Shown here piece after piece: positions 27,878-41,311 of a stretch of DNA of 64,000 bases. The position numbers and the translations under genes are program-made. Origin of the DNA: Eledone cirrhosa (taxonomy: Eukaryota); contig OZ024740.1 of NCBI GenBank assembly GCA_964016885.1, positions 169,632,001-169,696,000 of the forward strand, read 5' to 3'. Position 1 is the first letter of the stretch. Each line of letters begins with the position of its first letter. The notes under the pieces are model-generated. The model was not told where the DNA came from, did no database searches, and saw only the letters and a list, made by a program, of their open reading frames with translations.

Positions 27878-28997
27878 TCTAGTTTTATAATTTATGGATG
27901 TTATTGTATGTTGAGTTATGTGTGCATGTGCCCATGCTTTGTATCTGTACATGTGTACATGCAGTTATTATATGCAGAATGTTTGGAATATTTTACATAT
28001 TTTTACTGTTCCATTAATGGATTGTACTTGTAATTTCCTAACTAGTCGTGTTATTTCTGTCTCTGTGAATCCCAGGCAGTTACTAACATATCCCAGTTCC
28101 TCAATAATCACAGGCATAAATCTGAAGGTATAGTCAGGGTGGAGTATCTGTAGATTTCTCATTAGTTCTGCATAGATATTCTCCTTTTCGCTAGTCTTTA
28201 ATATTATATTGGAATCTGCTGGGCAGCTAACTTCCACTATTGTGCGTGCCTTGTTTTCCCTGTCCCATATCATTATATCTGGTCTGTTATGCCTGCATTT
28301 TATTGGGGTTTTTAATGGAACATTCTACTAGTACTCTTTCATATTAATGTGTTTATTGTCGGGGCTATCTTTTCTACAGATTGGATTGTACAGTGTTTTG
28401 GCCACTACATCATGCCTGATAAGTAAATAGTACCGTGATGACATCTTTGGACAGCTGCTTATGACATAGGTGACATCTTCCATGTTAATTCTGCAGAGTC
28501 TGCACTTGTCACATCTAGGTGCACCCCTATCGTTTTTGTGAATCGGGTATTTCGAATTGATTTCCTTTTCTTGAATTGCAAAGCGTATCCTTCAAAGTGG
28601 GAGCCAATATAGCGGTTGTTGGTCCAAGATAGACTACTTTGCTTATCTATATTACTCTCAATCTGGAGCTACCTGGCAACATACCCATGCATGGTTATTA
28701 GCTGATAAGCATGCAGTTTTTCATCCATGGATTCACTGCAGTACTGCTGGGCAATTTCCCTGGGTGTGAGATTTTGATTATCATGTAGGGAGAATCTTTC
28801 AAGAAACTCCTTCCCAACTCTCATAATGTTATCTGTCTCATGCAGATAGACTTGCTCAATAGATGGGCTCTTATGCTTTGAGGTTCGTAAAAGTTGTCGG
28901 AGGGCTACGATGGGACCCTCAAATGCTGTTTGTACAGATGTTAGGCCTCTGCCTCCCTGCTTAAGTTTCAAGTAGAGGTGGTCTATGTCACTCTTGA
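27878..28997 (-). mobile_element. R4/Dong-clade non-LTR retrotransposon, 5'-truncated copy A
   Basis: LYLKLKQGGRGL, CRLC zinc knuckle, RPDIMIWD...VEVSCP...K..EKENIY restriction-like endonuclease; frameshifts; bounded by (GTAT)n. Confidence 0.85.
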
Positions 28998-29177
28998 TGT
29001 GTGTATGTATGTATGTATGTATGTATGTATGTATGTATGTATGTATGTATGTATGTATGTATGTATGTATGTATGTATGTATGTATGTATGCATGTATGT
29101 ATGTATGTACACATATTTATATACAGTTATGTATGTATAATCATATATGTATGCATGTATGTATGTATGTATGTATG

Positions 29178-31936
29178 TTATTCTGGTTTTATAATTTCAC
29201 AAAGTTTTACCAATAGAGAGAGTCGGTTTCTAACATAGACACAATACTCTCTCATTGGAATTTACACAACATCAACTAGGTAGATATGTATGTATGCATG
29301 CATGTGTATATGCTTTGCATCTGTACATGTGTATATGCAGTTATTAGATGCAAAATGTTTGGAATGTTTTACATATTTTTACTGTTCCATTAATGGATTG
29401 TAGTTGTAATTTTCTAACTAGTTGTGTTCTTTATGTTCTTAACAAGCCTAGCTCCTCAAGATTTGTATTGAGACAGTTACTAACATACCCCAGTGCCCCA
29501 ATAATCACAGGCATAAATCTGAAGGTGTAATCAGGGTGGTGTATCTGCAGATTTCTCATCAGTTCTGCATAAATATTCTCCTTTTCACTAATCTTTGATA
29601 TTATATTGGCATCTGCTGGGCAGCTAATTTCCACTACTGTGCAAGCTTTCTTCTTCCTGTCCCATATCATAATATCTGGTCTGTTATGCCTGCATTTTAT
29701 TGGGGTTTTTACTGGAAAATTCCACCAGTACTCTTTCATATTATGTACATGGATGTCTTCCACATTGATGTAGCTTTTAATGTGTTTATTATCGGGGCTA
29801 TCTTTTTTACGAACTGCATTGTACAGAGTTTTGGCCACTACATCATGCCTCATCAGTAGATAGTACCGCGATGACATCTTTGGACAGCTGCCGATGACAT
29901 GGGTGATATCCTCGATGTTAGTTCTGCAGAGTCTGCACTTGTTATCACATCTAGGTGTTTTGCCTGCATCCCTATCTCTATTGTGAATCAGGTATTTCGT
30001 GTTAATCTCCTTTTCTTGGATTGCAAAAGCGTATCCTTCACAGTGGGAGCCAATATAGCGGTTGTTGGTACAAGATAGACTACTTTCCTTATCTATATTA
30101 CTCTCAATCTGGAGCTTCCTGGCAACATATCAATGCATGATTTTTTGTTGATAAGTATGCAGTTTTTCATCCATGGATTCACTGCAATACTGCTGAGCGA
30201 CTTCCCTGGGTGTGAGTTTTTGATTATCACACAGGGAATATCTTTCGAGGAGTTCCTTCCCAACTCTCATGATCTTATCTGTTTCATGCAGATAGATTTG
30301 CTCGAGAAACGGGCTCCTACGCTTCGAGGTTCGTAGATGTTGTCGGAGAGATATGATGCGACATTCAAATGTTGTCTGGACTGATGTTAGGCCTCTGCCT
30401 CCCTGCTTACGTTTCAAGTAAAGGCGGTCTATGTCACTGTTGATGTGGAAGTTTCCGGTGTTGTTTAGTATTTTTCGAGTTCCGACATCAACTGCTCGGA
30501 TTTCGTCTATCGTCCAATTGAGTATTCCAAACGTTGGTGTTAGGACAGGCACAGCAAACACATTGTGAGCCATTGTTTTGTTTTGCGCAGCGAGTTCCGA
30601 TGACCAGATCTTTCTAAATCGGGTTACGCGTTCTTTATTACAGATACCATTATAGGATATGTTCTCATCGATCCCAGGTATCTGTAGCAGTCCTCATCAG
30701 ATATCGGTGAAACAGTTAGGCCATTGATGACAATGTTGCTAGATTGGGTTGTTGTTTTTCCCTGCTTTACAGTCATGTATGAGCCTTTATCTTGGCCAAA
30801 CTCCACTCCTATATCCTTTGAGAACGTTGTAACCAGGTCAAGATTTTTCTTCATCCCATCCATCTTCTTGGCATAGAGTTTCAGATCGTCCACAAAGAAA
30901 TTATGGGTTAGGTTCGTATTTCTGTCCTCCTGTGAGCCAATGATGTATCCCTCACATTTCTTGAGCAGAAAGAACAAAGGGTTTAATGACAAGATGAATA
31001 ATATCACAGAGAGACTGTACCCCTGAAAGATAGCCCTGCAATATTTTATTTTATCAGTGAAAATAGAGTCCTCCCTCTCTGTCTTTAACCTTAGGATAGT
31101 AGCCCAAGAAGAAGACAGCCTCTCTATGGCTCTGACAATAATGTCTGAGACTTTAGCAAGTTGGAGGGCCTCTATCATCCAAGAGTGGGGAACAGAATCA
31201 AAAGCTTTCCTGTAGTCCAGCCAGACTGTAGTCATATTCCTCTTAAGTTGTCGCACCTCCGACATCGCAGTTTTGTTGATTAGGAGTTGTTCAGCACATC
31301 CCAAACCCCTTTCTTTCTAGCTGCTTGTTGATCTGTGATGATGTTATTATTTTCACAGTGATCTTGGAGGAATAGATTCAGGCAGGCTGTATACATCTTA
31401 TACATCAGGTTCTGGCATGCAATGGGTCGGTAGTTTTTTGCCAAGTGGGTGTCTTTGTTCTTGGGGGATCAGTAATGTTTGTGCTAATGTCAACCATTCT
31501 GGTATAAGTGTATCTCCCTTAAGAACTTGTTGGTAGAGGTCAGTGAGATATCTCCGATAGAATATCAGTTTCTTTGTACCAGTAGCCGGCAATCATGTCT
31601 CTTCCTGGTGTTTTCTTATCTTGGAGTTTTCCTATCACAGTCTCAAGGTTACCCTCACTTATTTCGTATGTTTTTTTGTTGTAGTGTAGGAGCAATAGTT
31701 CTTTCAGATTTCTCTTAGCCACACTGCATCTTGGTTGAAATTCTTCTTTTCACCCCATATTTTGCTCCAAAAGGAATCTATGTCTTTCTGGGATGGGGCC
31801 TCAGTGACACTTATTATTTTGCCCTTCATATCTCTATAGACTGATGTTTGCTTTCGTCTGAATCTTTTATTAAACACTTTTCTCTCATCTACCTTCTTCA
31901 GGTATCGGCGTTTTTCGCTAACAGCTCTCAATTCTT
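29178..31936 (-). mobile_element. R4/Dong-clade non-LTR retrotransposon, 5'-truncated copy B (RT + CCHC + RLE, disrupted)
   Basis: WLDYRKAFDSVPH, IFQGxSLS, HNFFVDDLKLY, YRYLG, LYLKRKQGGRGL, RHDVVA, RPDIMIWD, VEISCP; several frameshifts; ~170-bp 3'UTR. Confidence 0.9.
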
Positions 31937-32087
31937 GTATGTATGTATGTATGTATGTATGTATGTATGTATGTATGTATGTATGTATGTATGTATGTAT
32001 GCATGCATGTATGTATGTGTGCGCGCATGTGCGTGAGTCATTTTCTATACCCTGAACGAAATGGAACGTGGAAAATATATGAAGTTA

Positions 32088-32964
32088 TCTATATATATAA
32101 AACTGAGGTTGTGTGTCTGTCTGACTGTCTGTCTATTAAAACGGTCGGCACACATCTCCTTCTAAACCGTAGGTTCAAATTTCGGTGAAAATGCTACACA
32201 AATCGACCCACGTCAAGTGCAAAAATCGAATTTGTAATGTATTGATTTTTCAGTTAAAATGTATAAATAGAGATGAGAGACCAGTTATTTCCTTTTTATG
32301 GCGTCATTATGTCTATCTATTTACTTTACGAATACTGATGCGTGCAAAACTACAAAATTACACGAACAGTTTTCGGGGTAGTAAAATTTTCACCTGCAAA
32401 ATTCATGAGTTCGAAGTTTCAGCATTAAGAATCCATTTTGCTGCATTTCCATTAAAAAGTCTTTTAAAATAATATTTTTACATGAAAACAATCCTATTTG
32501 AATACACTGTAAAACAAGCAAATATTTTGTAAAAAAAGCATTCATCTCGAATAAAACCTTATGAGATTTTCATTTAGAATCAATTGTTTTAAACGACAGA
32601 CACATAACGCATTTTGTTTTTGTTTTTGATGTCCATCCAATTTCTTTGTTTCAAAATAACTGATAGTTTGGTTACGCTATGTTTTTCTATGAGACAAGTG
32701 TTGCAGTGTTTACATTTTCGATTTTGTTAATAGATTACCAATGCAGTTTTTATCCCCAGCTTCCTCTTTTGTTTTAACATTCGGGTTATGGTTATGTTTT
32801 CTTAACGTCATAAGGCATACTGTTGGTTGAGGGAATATTAGTCAAAAGTACCACAAAAATACTACACTGTAGACTCTACAGTTTTTAAGCCAAGAAAGGA
32901 CTTAACATTGTAACTTTTAGACAGCTACTGAGCAACCCCTAGCAACGCCGGGCTTTACTTCTAG
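32088..32964 (+). mobile_element. Non-autonomous Helitron
   Basis: Inserted between A and T; 5' TCTATATATATAAAA followed by (tgtc)n; 3' ccc..gcaacgccggg hairpin then CTAG; no TSD. Confidence 0.75.
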
Positions 32965-33188
32965 TATATATTAAAATTAAGTATACATATTCTATAAGCA
33001 TTTGCTGTATCTTTCTCAGAGAAAAGGTATATAGAGTATGGTTTGTTTGTTTTTAATGCATATACTTTTTGTATTGTTCTACAAAGCATTCCTATCTATC
33101 TATTGCTATAAAAGTTAAGATTTTCCTATTTCATTGGACACTTTCAACGAAGAGATATTCACTTTATATCTGTTAATTATTAATTCTT

Positions 33189-33252
<64 letters not shown>

Positions 33253-33307
33253 CGTTTTTGAATTTGTTTAGCAAGATTCTTTATCTGAAAACGTGTGTTG
33301 AAACCGA

Positions 33308-33835
33308 TATTGTTATACTTTGGGAGGGTCATGTTGCCAATAAGAAACACACGCACCAGTTGCGTTCACTTCAATTTATTATAATAAATTTATAAATTTA
33401 GGAATTTATAAATTTCCGGTTGGTTGGTTGGATGGTTGTTTATATATTGTCAAAGTTCTTTCGTCACATATTCTATGAGCTCTTCGGTGACTGGGGATTC
33501 TTTTCTTTGTTTTTTGTTTTTGTTTTTTTTTGCCTCTCCTTTGTTCTGTCCTACACCATCTTGTTTTTGTGTGTCACACAAAAACAAGATGGCGTAGGAC
33601 AGAACAAAGGAGAGGCACAAAAAACAAAGAAAAAAATCCCCAGTCACTGAAGAGGTCACATAATGTGTGATGAAAGAACTTTGACAATATATAAACAACC
33701 ATCTGGTTGTGGAACCAACCAACCGGAAATTTATAAATTCCTAAATTTATAAATTTATTATAATAAATTGAAGTGAAAGCAACTGGTGCGTGTGTTTCTT
33801 ATTGGCAACATGACCCTCCCAAAGTATAACAATAT
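33308..33835. repeat. ~530-bp near-perfect palindrome
   Basis: Arms are reverse complements around tgtgt-gt-cacaca at ~33573; (TA)n on the right and ~60 bp to the left. Confidence 0.92.
33643..33685 (+). ncRNA. Minimal type I hammerhead ribozyme-like motif
   Basis: gtca-CTGAAGA-g-gtcaca/tgtgat-GAAA-gaac-TT-tgac; stem I 4 bp, stem II 6 bp, 1-bp stem III with a tetraloop. Confidence 0.55.
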
Positions 33836-33836
33836 A

Positions 33837-33913
<77 letters not shown>

Positions 33914-34083
33914 ATATAAATACCACCATGTTTACTTAGACAGTCAGATTCTTGATGATTTCGCATGAATGAAACAGTTCTAGTCCTGTAGAAGCTTTTC
34001 TATATTAAACATTTATACTCTGTTATGTATTGAATACCTTACTTACTGTGGTTACCTACGATTGAACGCGGATTAACATATCG

Positions 34084-34149
<66 letters not shown>

Positions 34150-34277
34150 ATGTGTGTGTATGTGTGTGTGTCAGGTGATTCCGAAGAAAACGCAAAGGAA
34201 AAAAGAGTGATCTATGTATAGAACGGAGCTATTTAATAGAAAATATGAAATATTTCATATTTTCTATATATAACAGG

Positions 34278-34343
34278 TTTGTCTGATGAACGATCCAGAT
34301 GTATATTAATATTGTCTAGGATCCAGAAACCTTTGGTAATGGA
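34278..34343 (+). ncRNA. Degenerate type I hammerhead-like motif
   Basis: CTGATGA (34283), gatcc-aga/tct-a-ggatc-type imperfect stem II, GAAA-CC-TTT-GG-TA; stem I mostly G-U pairs. Confidence 0.4.
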
Positions 34344-34378
34344 GTAGTTAAAGTTAACTATGGTGTTGTTCACTTTCT

Positions 34379-34450
<72 letters not shown>

Positions 34451-34510
34451 GTATATATATATATATACGCACACACATATATATATATATACATATATAC
34501 ATATATATAC

Positions 34511-34541
<31 letters not shown>

Positions 34542-34936
34542 GTTATGTAATAAACAACATAAGGCAATTATTTCATTTACCAGTGGTTTCTTAAAAGCAA
34601 AAAAATTTTGCTTTCAATCTTCAGAATGAAAAAATCATGGTCTGTTTATTGACGTTGGATTTTAAAAACAAAAATGCAATCTATATGAAAGTGAGGCTTG
34701 AAAAGGAAGAAGGAAAGGAAAAGTAAAATAAAAACACACATACACACACACACACAATTATATACATACACAAATATATATATATATATACATACACACA
34801 TACATACACACACACATACACACACACACACACACATATATATATGTGTATATATATACATACACATAGATATACACATACATACATACACACAGAAATA
34901 TCAACATATCCATACATACACATACATAAATACAAC

Positions 34937-34993
<57 letters not shown>

Positions 34994-35729
34994 ACATACA
35001 TATACATACAAATATACATACACATACATACATACATACATACACATAATCATACGTATATACACGCGTACATACATACACATACATACACACATATATA
35101 CACGCATACATACGCATGCACAAAAATAGAAATATATACACACACAAATAAATATAAGAAAAAATATCTAATAATAAAAAATAAAAATGAATATAAAGAC
35201 TATTATAATATTGACAGCGATACAGGCAACAAATAAATGAACAAACACACGTGGTAAGCAATACACACAAATGCACGTACACATACATACGTAAAAATAA
35301 ATACATACACACACTCTCACACATAAATATACATATACAAATACATAACACATACATACGCATACACAATTACATACACACACACATATACATATATACA
35401 CACACATTAGCTACCTGACAGATACGTCAGGCACAGAAAGTGATTATCGCTAAATGCTGATATTGGTTAGATTATCAATATTAGTATTACTGGGGCACCC
35501 ACTGATGAATTATAGGAGCCCACTCGAATATATATCTATTGATGGTATACAAGCTCCTACATAAATTGGTATAATTTCACCCAAATTGTAGGAGTCCTAT
35601 AATGAAACGATAGCGTCCGAACACATAATTGGGAATATAATCACTTATTTACTAATGTTTGTTGAGTGAGTTGGAATTTGGCCGGAGTATCGCTAAAAAG
35701 CTTTCCCCGATATTGTATTTATTGTATAT

Positions 35730-35832
<103 letters not shown>

Positions 35833-36202
35833 ACCATACAAATATACACATACATATACATACATATCACAAAAACATACAAACAAATACAAACAAACAC
35901 ATATATATGTGTGTAAAACTCATTCTTAGATAATTCATATAAACCTTATTTAACTCTAAAATATATATATATATATATATACATACACATATATACACAT
36001 ACATACATACTCACATACACATATATACCTACATACACATATATACATACACATACGTATGCATACGTACATACACACACACACACACACACACATACAT
36101 ATATAACTAAATATATATATATATGAGAAAGAACATAAATGTTATATATATATATAAAATAAAAATATTGTATAAAAAAATATAAAAAAATATTGTATAT
36201 AT

Positions 36203-36450
36203 GAAAATAAAAATAAAAATAAAAATAAAAATAAAAATAAAAATAAAAATAAAAATAAAAATAAAAATAAAAATAAAAATAAAAATAAAAATAAAAATAA
36301 AAATAAAAATAAAAATAAAAATAAAAATAAAAATAAAAATAAAAATAAAAATAAAAATAAAAATAAAAATAAAAATAAAAATAAAAATAAAAATAAAAAT
36401 AAAAATAAAAATAAAAATAAAATAAAAATAAAAATAAAAATGAAAATAAA
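36203..36450. repeat. (AAAATA)n hexamer array
   Basis: About 40 near-perfect units. Confidence 0.95.
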
Positions 36451-36644
36451 AAGTTGTGAATAAGACAAATAATAAATAAAAAAAATATATATTTAGAAAA
36501 GGGTATAAATCCTTATAGCAGATTTAGAGCACTCAACAAATTCCTGGAGCAAAAGATCAATGAAAATAATCATTAAATCACTATATGTAATGATGCATAT
36601 ACATACACCCTTATACATATATACATATACACATATATATACAC

Positions 36645-36719
<75 letters not shown>

Positions 36720-36972
36720 CACAACCACAGAAATGCACACACACATACAATTACGTATATATATATATATACACACACACACACATAGGAAAAAGTTTGA
36801 CCCCACGGCAGAGCTCAAACCGTTTCTGAGGATATTATACATATACACACAAAACCATTATATAAAAAAATACATATACACGCACAAATATAACACGCCC
36901 ATACACACACATTAAATCTACATATACACACATACATACATACACATATATACATACATATATATATATATA

Positions 36973-37002
<30 letters not shown>

Positions 37003-37003
<1 letters not shown>

Positions 37004-37555
37004 GGTGGCTGCCAACTCGTTTTCGAGTACGGCCACTACTTTATATCCATGTAGGAGAACCCCTACCGATGCGCTGAACGAGTGGGACTTTTTAGTCCAG
37101 CCAGCGACTTGAAAACTCTGGTACAAACACTACACTTGTGACAATTATTGACACATAGTGCAGGGCCCATGGTACCATGTGACGACAAGTGCAGAGAGAT
37201 CTCCAGATATAAAGCAATGCCTGTGCCGTGAAGCTTTTATAGTGAGCAAAGGCACTGCACAAAGCCAGTTCCACTCTCTTAACCAAGATGATATTTACCA
37301 AAAAGAAGAACAAGTCAACATCATTGGATACCATCAGGGTTGCAGGTGTTATATCAGAGTTTTCCTTCTCCTAGAATTCTGCCTTGACAAAGGCTAAGGG
37401 GTCATCTCTCCCGGTGATTTTGGATGGCCATTGACTCTTAAGAGCTCCTTTGCCCTTTGACAGGTTTTGTTTTTAGTCCTGCAGGATGTCCAAAGTCACC
37501 CTCCTCACCAAGAAACCTTGGTGGGGTTGCCAGTTTAGTCGCCAACTGGTGACCT

Positions 37556-37559
<4 letters not shown>
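37003..37559 (-). mobile_element. ~600-bp interspersed element, copy 2 (~50-bp internal deletion near its 5' end)
   Basis: Same ends as copy 1 (plus strand tggtggctgcc...gacctgaca); inserted in (TA)n. Confidence 0.8.
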
Positions 37560-37609
<50 letters not shown>

Positions 37610-38075
37610 TACATTAAAAGATGTATATACTATATATATATATATTCAATTGAAAGTTGGTTGATTGAAAATTTGCTGACATTTTTTTAACAGAAGTTAA
37701 GTACTCCACGGTTTTAGCTCATGCGGAGTTTATTATAATATATAATATATATATAATAGATATGTACATATACACATATATATATATAGTTTACAAAAGT
37801 CACCAAAATTATTTCAGTGACCCCCAGGCCATGATATACTCATTCAATCAGACAATAAGCTTGCGGTTGTGAAACTGCATTCCAAGGTTCAGAGTGGACA
37901 CATTATAGTTATTCCGTGAGTACAGTGGCAGTGTTTTGCCAAAGATAGCTCACGTATATATGTATGTATATAACAATACCCTTAATTATTAACTGTGGGT
38001 TTTTTCAGTAGGAAGAACGATTTGGGAATATGTGTGTACATGTGTGTGTAATATATATATATAATATTTGATGTG

Positions 38076-38182
38076 GAGGTGGCTTCTGCCGGACTGCAGC
38101 TGTTTCATTCGAAGAAAATCGTCAGGAAAGCCCTGATGATTTCCTTCGAATGAAACAGTTCTGGTCCTGTGGGGGCCATTTC
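38076..38182. repeat. Imperfect hairpin made of two back-to-back hammerhead-like cores
   Basis: Plus: CTGATGA-tttccttcgaat-GAAA-cagttctg-GTC. Minus: CTGACGA-ttttcttcgaat-GAAA-cagctgca-GTC. Family fragments also at ~6178-6222, ~33950-34010, ~62505-62532. Confidence 0.65.
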
Positions 38183-38503
38183 TATATTAAATATTATTTA
38201 TAGTCTGCTATGTATTGAGTACCTTACTTACTGTGGTTATATATATATATATATATCCCATGCTAGAATGGAAGATGGACGTTAAATATATATATATATA
38301 TACATATACACACATATATACACACATTCATACATACATATAAATATATACACACACGCGCACAAATACAACAGAAATATATAATATATACGATTATATA
38401 TACATATACATATACATACAGATAGATATAAACATACATACACACACATATATACATACACATATACATATACACACACATATACATACACATATATATA
38501 TAC

Positions 38504-38534
<31 letters not shown>

Positions 38535-38792
38535 CATATATATATATACATACATATACATATATACACACATACATACATATACGCAACACAAAAAAGA
38601 AAATTTTAATATCTAAAAATAAAAAAAATATTTGGTATGCAAAAAAATAGGGGGGAAAAGAGGGGGGAAATAAATGACATAGGAAAAGGTTTAAATATAA
38701 GGGGAGATAAGGGAGAAAGAGAATGCAAGAGTACAGAATGTGGATTCAGCAGGTAAAAAACCCGTAGTGGAAGTAAAGAGCAGGAAAGGAGT

Positions 38793-39006
38793 TCAAGGTG
38801 GTTGAGTTATCATAGCAATGTCAATCCATTTACAGATCAAATGTGATTTCAGATGAGGACAACATCTGAAGATCTCGGTCTTTGAGTTCAGGCAAGCAGA
38901 AGTGGCTTTCAAGTTTAGCAAAATCCTATATTTTTCTGTGGTACACAAAGTACAATTATTGTGCCCCTTTGGTACTCCCTCGAATGGTCTAAAATAGACC
39001 AATCGA
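38793..39006 (-). mobile_element. Inverted duplicate of the Penelope endonuclease 3' end
   Basis: Translation CTLCTTEKYRILLNLKATSACLNSKTE...ITQPP mirrors 39353-39567. Confidence 0.9.
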
Positions 39007-39567
39007 AATAGAAATGTAGTTAAGATCAGTTACTCTTGTTGCCCATCAATGAAGTCCAAGATCACTAATTCAAATCATACGAGAACAAATCCAGGATGCA
39101 GTTGCAGGAAGCCGGATGAAAGCCCATTACAGGGCAAATGTAACACCAAATCTGTTGTTTATGAGGCTAAAGTGACACCTTTAATCAACAACCAGCCACC
39201 CAGAAGTGAGCGATATGTTGGCATGACACAGGACAGGTTTAAAACCATGTTTTATGCACATGTCGCTTCTTTTAAGCACTCCGATAAACGAACAGCAACG
39301 GCCCTCGCAAGTAAGGTGTGGGAATTCAAGGATAAAAACATCCCGTACTCTATCGATTGGTCTATTTTAGACCATTCGAGGGAGTACCAAAGGGGCACAA
39401 AGAACTGTTCTTTGTGTACCACAGAAAAATATAGGATTTTGCTAAACTTGAAAGCCACTTCTGCTTGCCTGAACTCAAAGACCGAGATGTTCAGATGTTG
39501 TCCTCATCTGAAATCACATCTGATCTGTAACTGGATTGACATTCCTATGATAACTCAACCACCTTGA
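39007..39567 (+). mobile_element. Penelope-like element (Neptune-type) C-terminal GIY-YIG endonuclease fragment
   Basis: NRNVVKISYSCCPSMK...CSCR...PLQGKC..KSVVYEA...YVGMT..RFK..FYAH..SF...TALASKVW...IDWSIL...CSLCTTEK...LNSKTE...CPH-stop. Confidence 0.9.
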
Positions 39568-39824
39568 ACTCCTCTCTGCTCTTTACTTCCACTACGGTTT
39601 TTTCACCTGCTGAATCCACGTTCTGTACTCTTGTATTCTCTTTCTCCCTTATCTCCCCTTATATGTAAACTTTTACCTATGTCATTTATTTCCCCCCTCT
39701 TTTTCCCTCCTATTTTTTTGCCTTACCCTTCACATACCAAACATATTTTTATTTTTAGATATTAAAATTTTCTTTTTTTTGTGTTGCGTATATGTATGTA
39801 TGTGTGCATATATGTATATGTATG

Positions 39825-39855
<31 letters not shown>

Positions 39856-40233
39856 GTATATATATATGTGTATGTATATGTGTGTATATGTATATGTGTA
39901 TGTATATATGTGTGTATGTATGTTTATATCTATCTGTATGTATATGTATATATAATCGTATATATTATATATTTCTGTTGTATTTGTCCGCGTGTGTGTA
40001 TATATATATATATAATTATATATATATATATATATATGTATGTATATATGTGTATGTATGTATGTATGTATGTATATGTAGATTTAATGTGTGTGTATGG
40101 GCGTGTGTATATTTGTGCGTGTATATGTATTTTTTTATATAATGGTTTTGTGTGTATATATATAATAGCCTCAGAAACGGTTTGAGCTCTGCCGTGGGGT
40201 CAGACTTTTTCCTATGTATGTGTGTGTATATAT

Positions 40234-40264
<31 letters not shown>

Positions 40265-40749
40265 CGCAATTGTATGTGTGTGTGCATTTCTGTGGTTGTG
40301 TTTGTGTGCGTGTATATGTGTGTATGTATATATATGTGTATATATATGTGTATATGTATATATGTATAAGGGTGTATGTATATGCATCATTACATATAGT
40401 GATTTACTGATTATTTTCACTGATCTTTTGTTCCAGGAACTTGTAGAGTACTCTAAATCTGCTATAAGCATTTATACCCTTTTCTAAATATATATATTTT
40501 TTTATTTATTTGTCGTATTCCCAACTTTTTATTTTCATTTTTATTTTTATTTTTATTTTTATATATACAATATTTTTTTATATTACAATATTTATGTTTT
40601 ATATATATATGATATAATATTTATGTTCTTGCTCATATATATATATTTAGTTATATATGTTTATGTGTGTGTGTGTGTATGTACGTATGCATACGTATGT
40701 GTATGTATATATGTGTGTGTAGTTATATATCTGTATGTAAGTATGTATG

Positions 40750-40790
<41 letters not shown>

Positions 40791-40916
40791 TAGAGTTAAA
40801 TAAAGTTCATATGAATAATCTAAGAATGAGTTTTACACACATATATGTGTGTGTTTGTATTTGTATGTATGTGTTTGTGATATGTATGTATGTGTATATT
40901 TGTATGGTTATGTATG

Positions 40917-40953
<37 letters not shown>

Positions 40954-40959
<6 letters not shown>

Positions 40960-41139
40960 GGATTTAAATGGATACAGTTCAGTAAAAGGAATTTATTGAC
41001 ACGTGTTTCAATAACAGTTATATAACCTGAAAACAGCTGCTATCTGTAGATAGCAGCTGTTTTCAGGTTTATTAACTGTTATTGAAACACGTGTCAATAA
41101 ATTCCTTTTACTGAACTGTATCCATTTAAATCCTTCTAT
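40954..41139. repeat. 186-bp near-perfect palindrome nested in the giant IR arm
   Basis: atagaaggatttaaatgg...tatct-gt-agata...ccatttaaatccttctat; unpaired extension to ~41250 then (TA)n. Confidence 0.92.
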
Positions 41140-41243
41140 TTTCTCCGGATTACTTTTGAAACTACAACTGGAACCGTCGAGCAAACCTTATGTGAGCTGT
41201 CCATCTACTGTGTATGATATTCATATTACAACACTACGGATAA

Positions 41244-41311
<68 letters not shown>

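Noticed and set aside
33280-33312. CTGAAAA...GAAACCGATA as another hammerhead
   Set aside because: Core mismatch and no stem I
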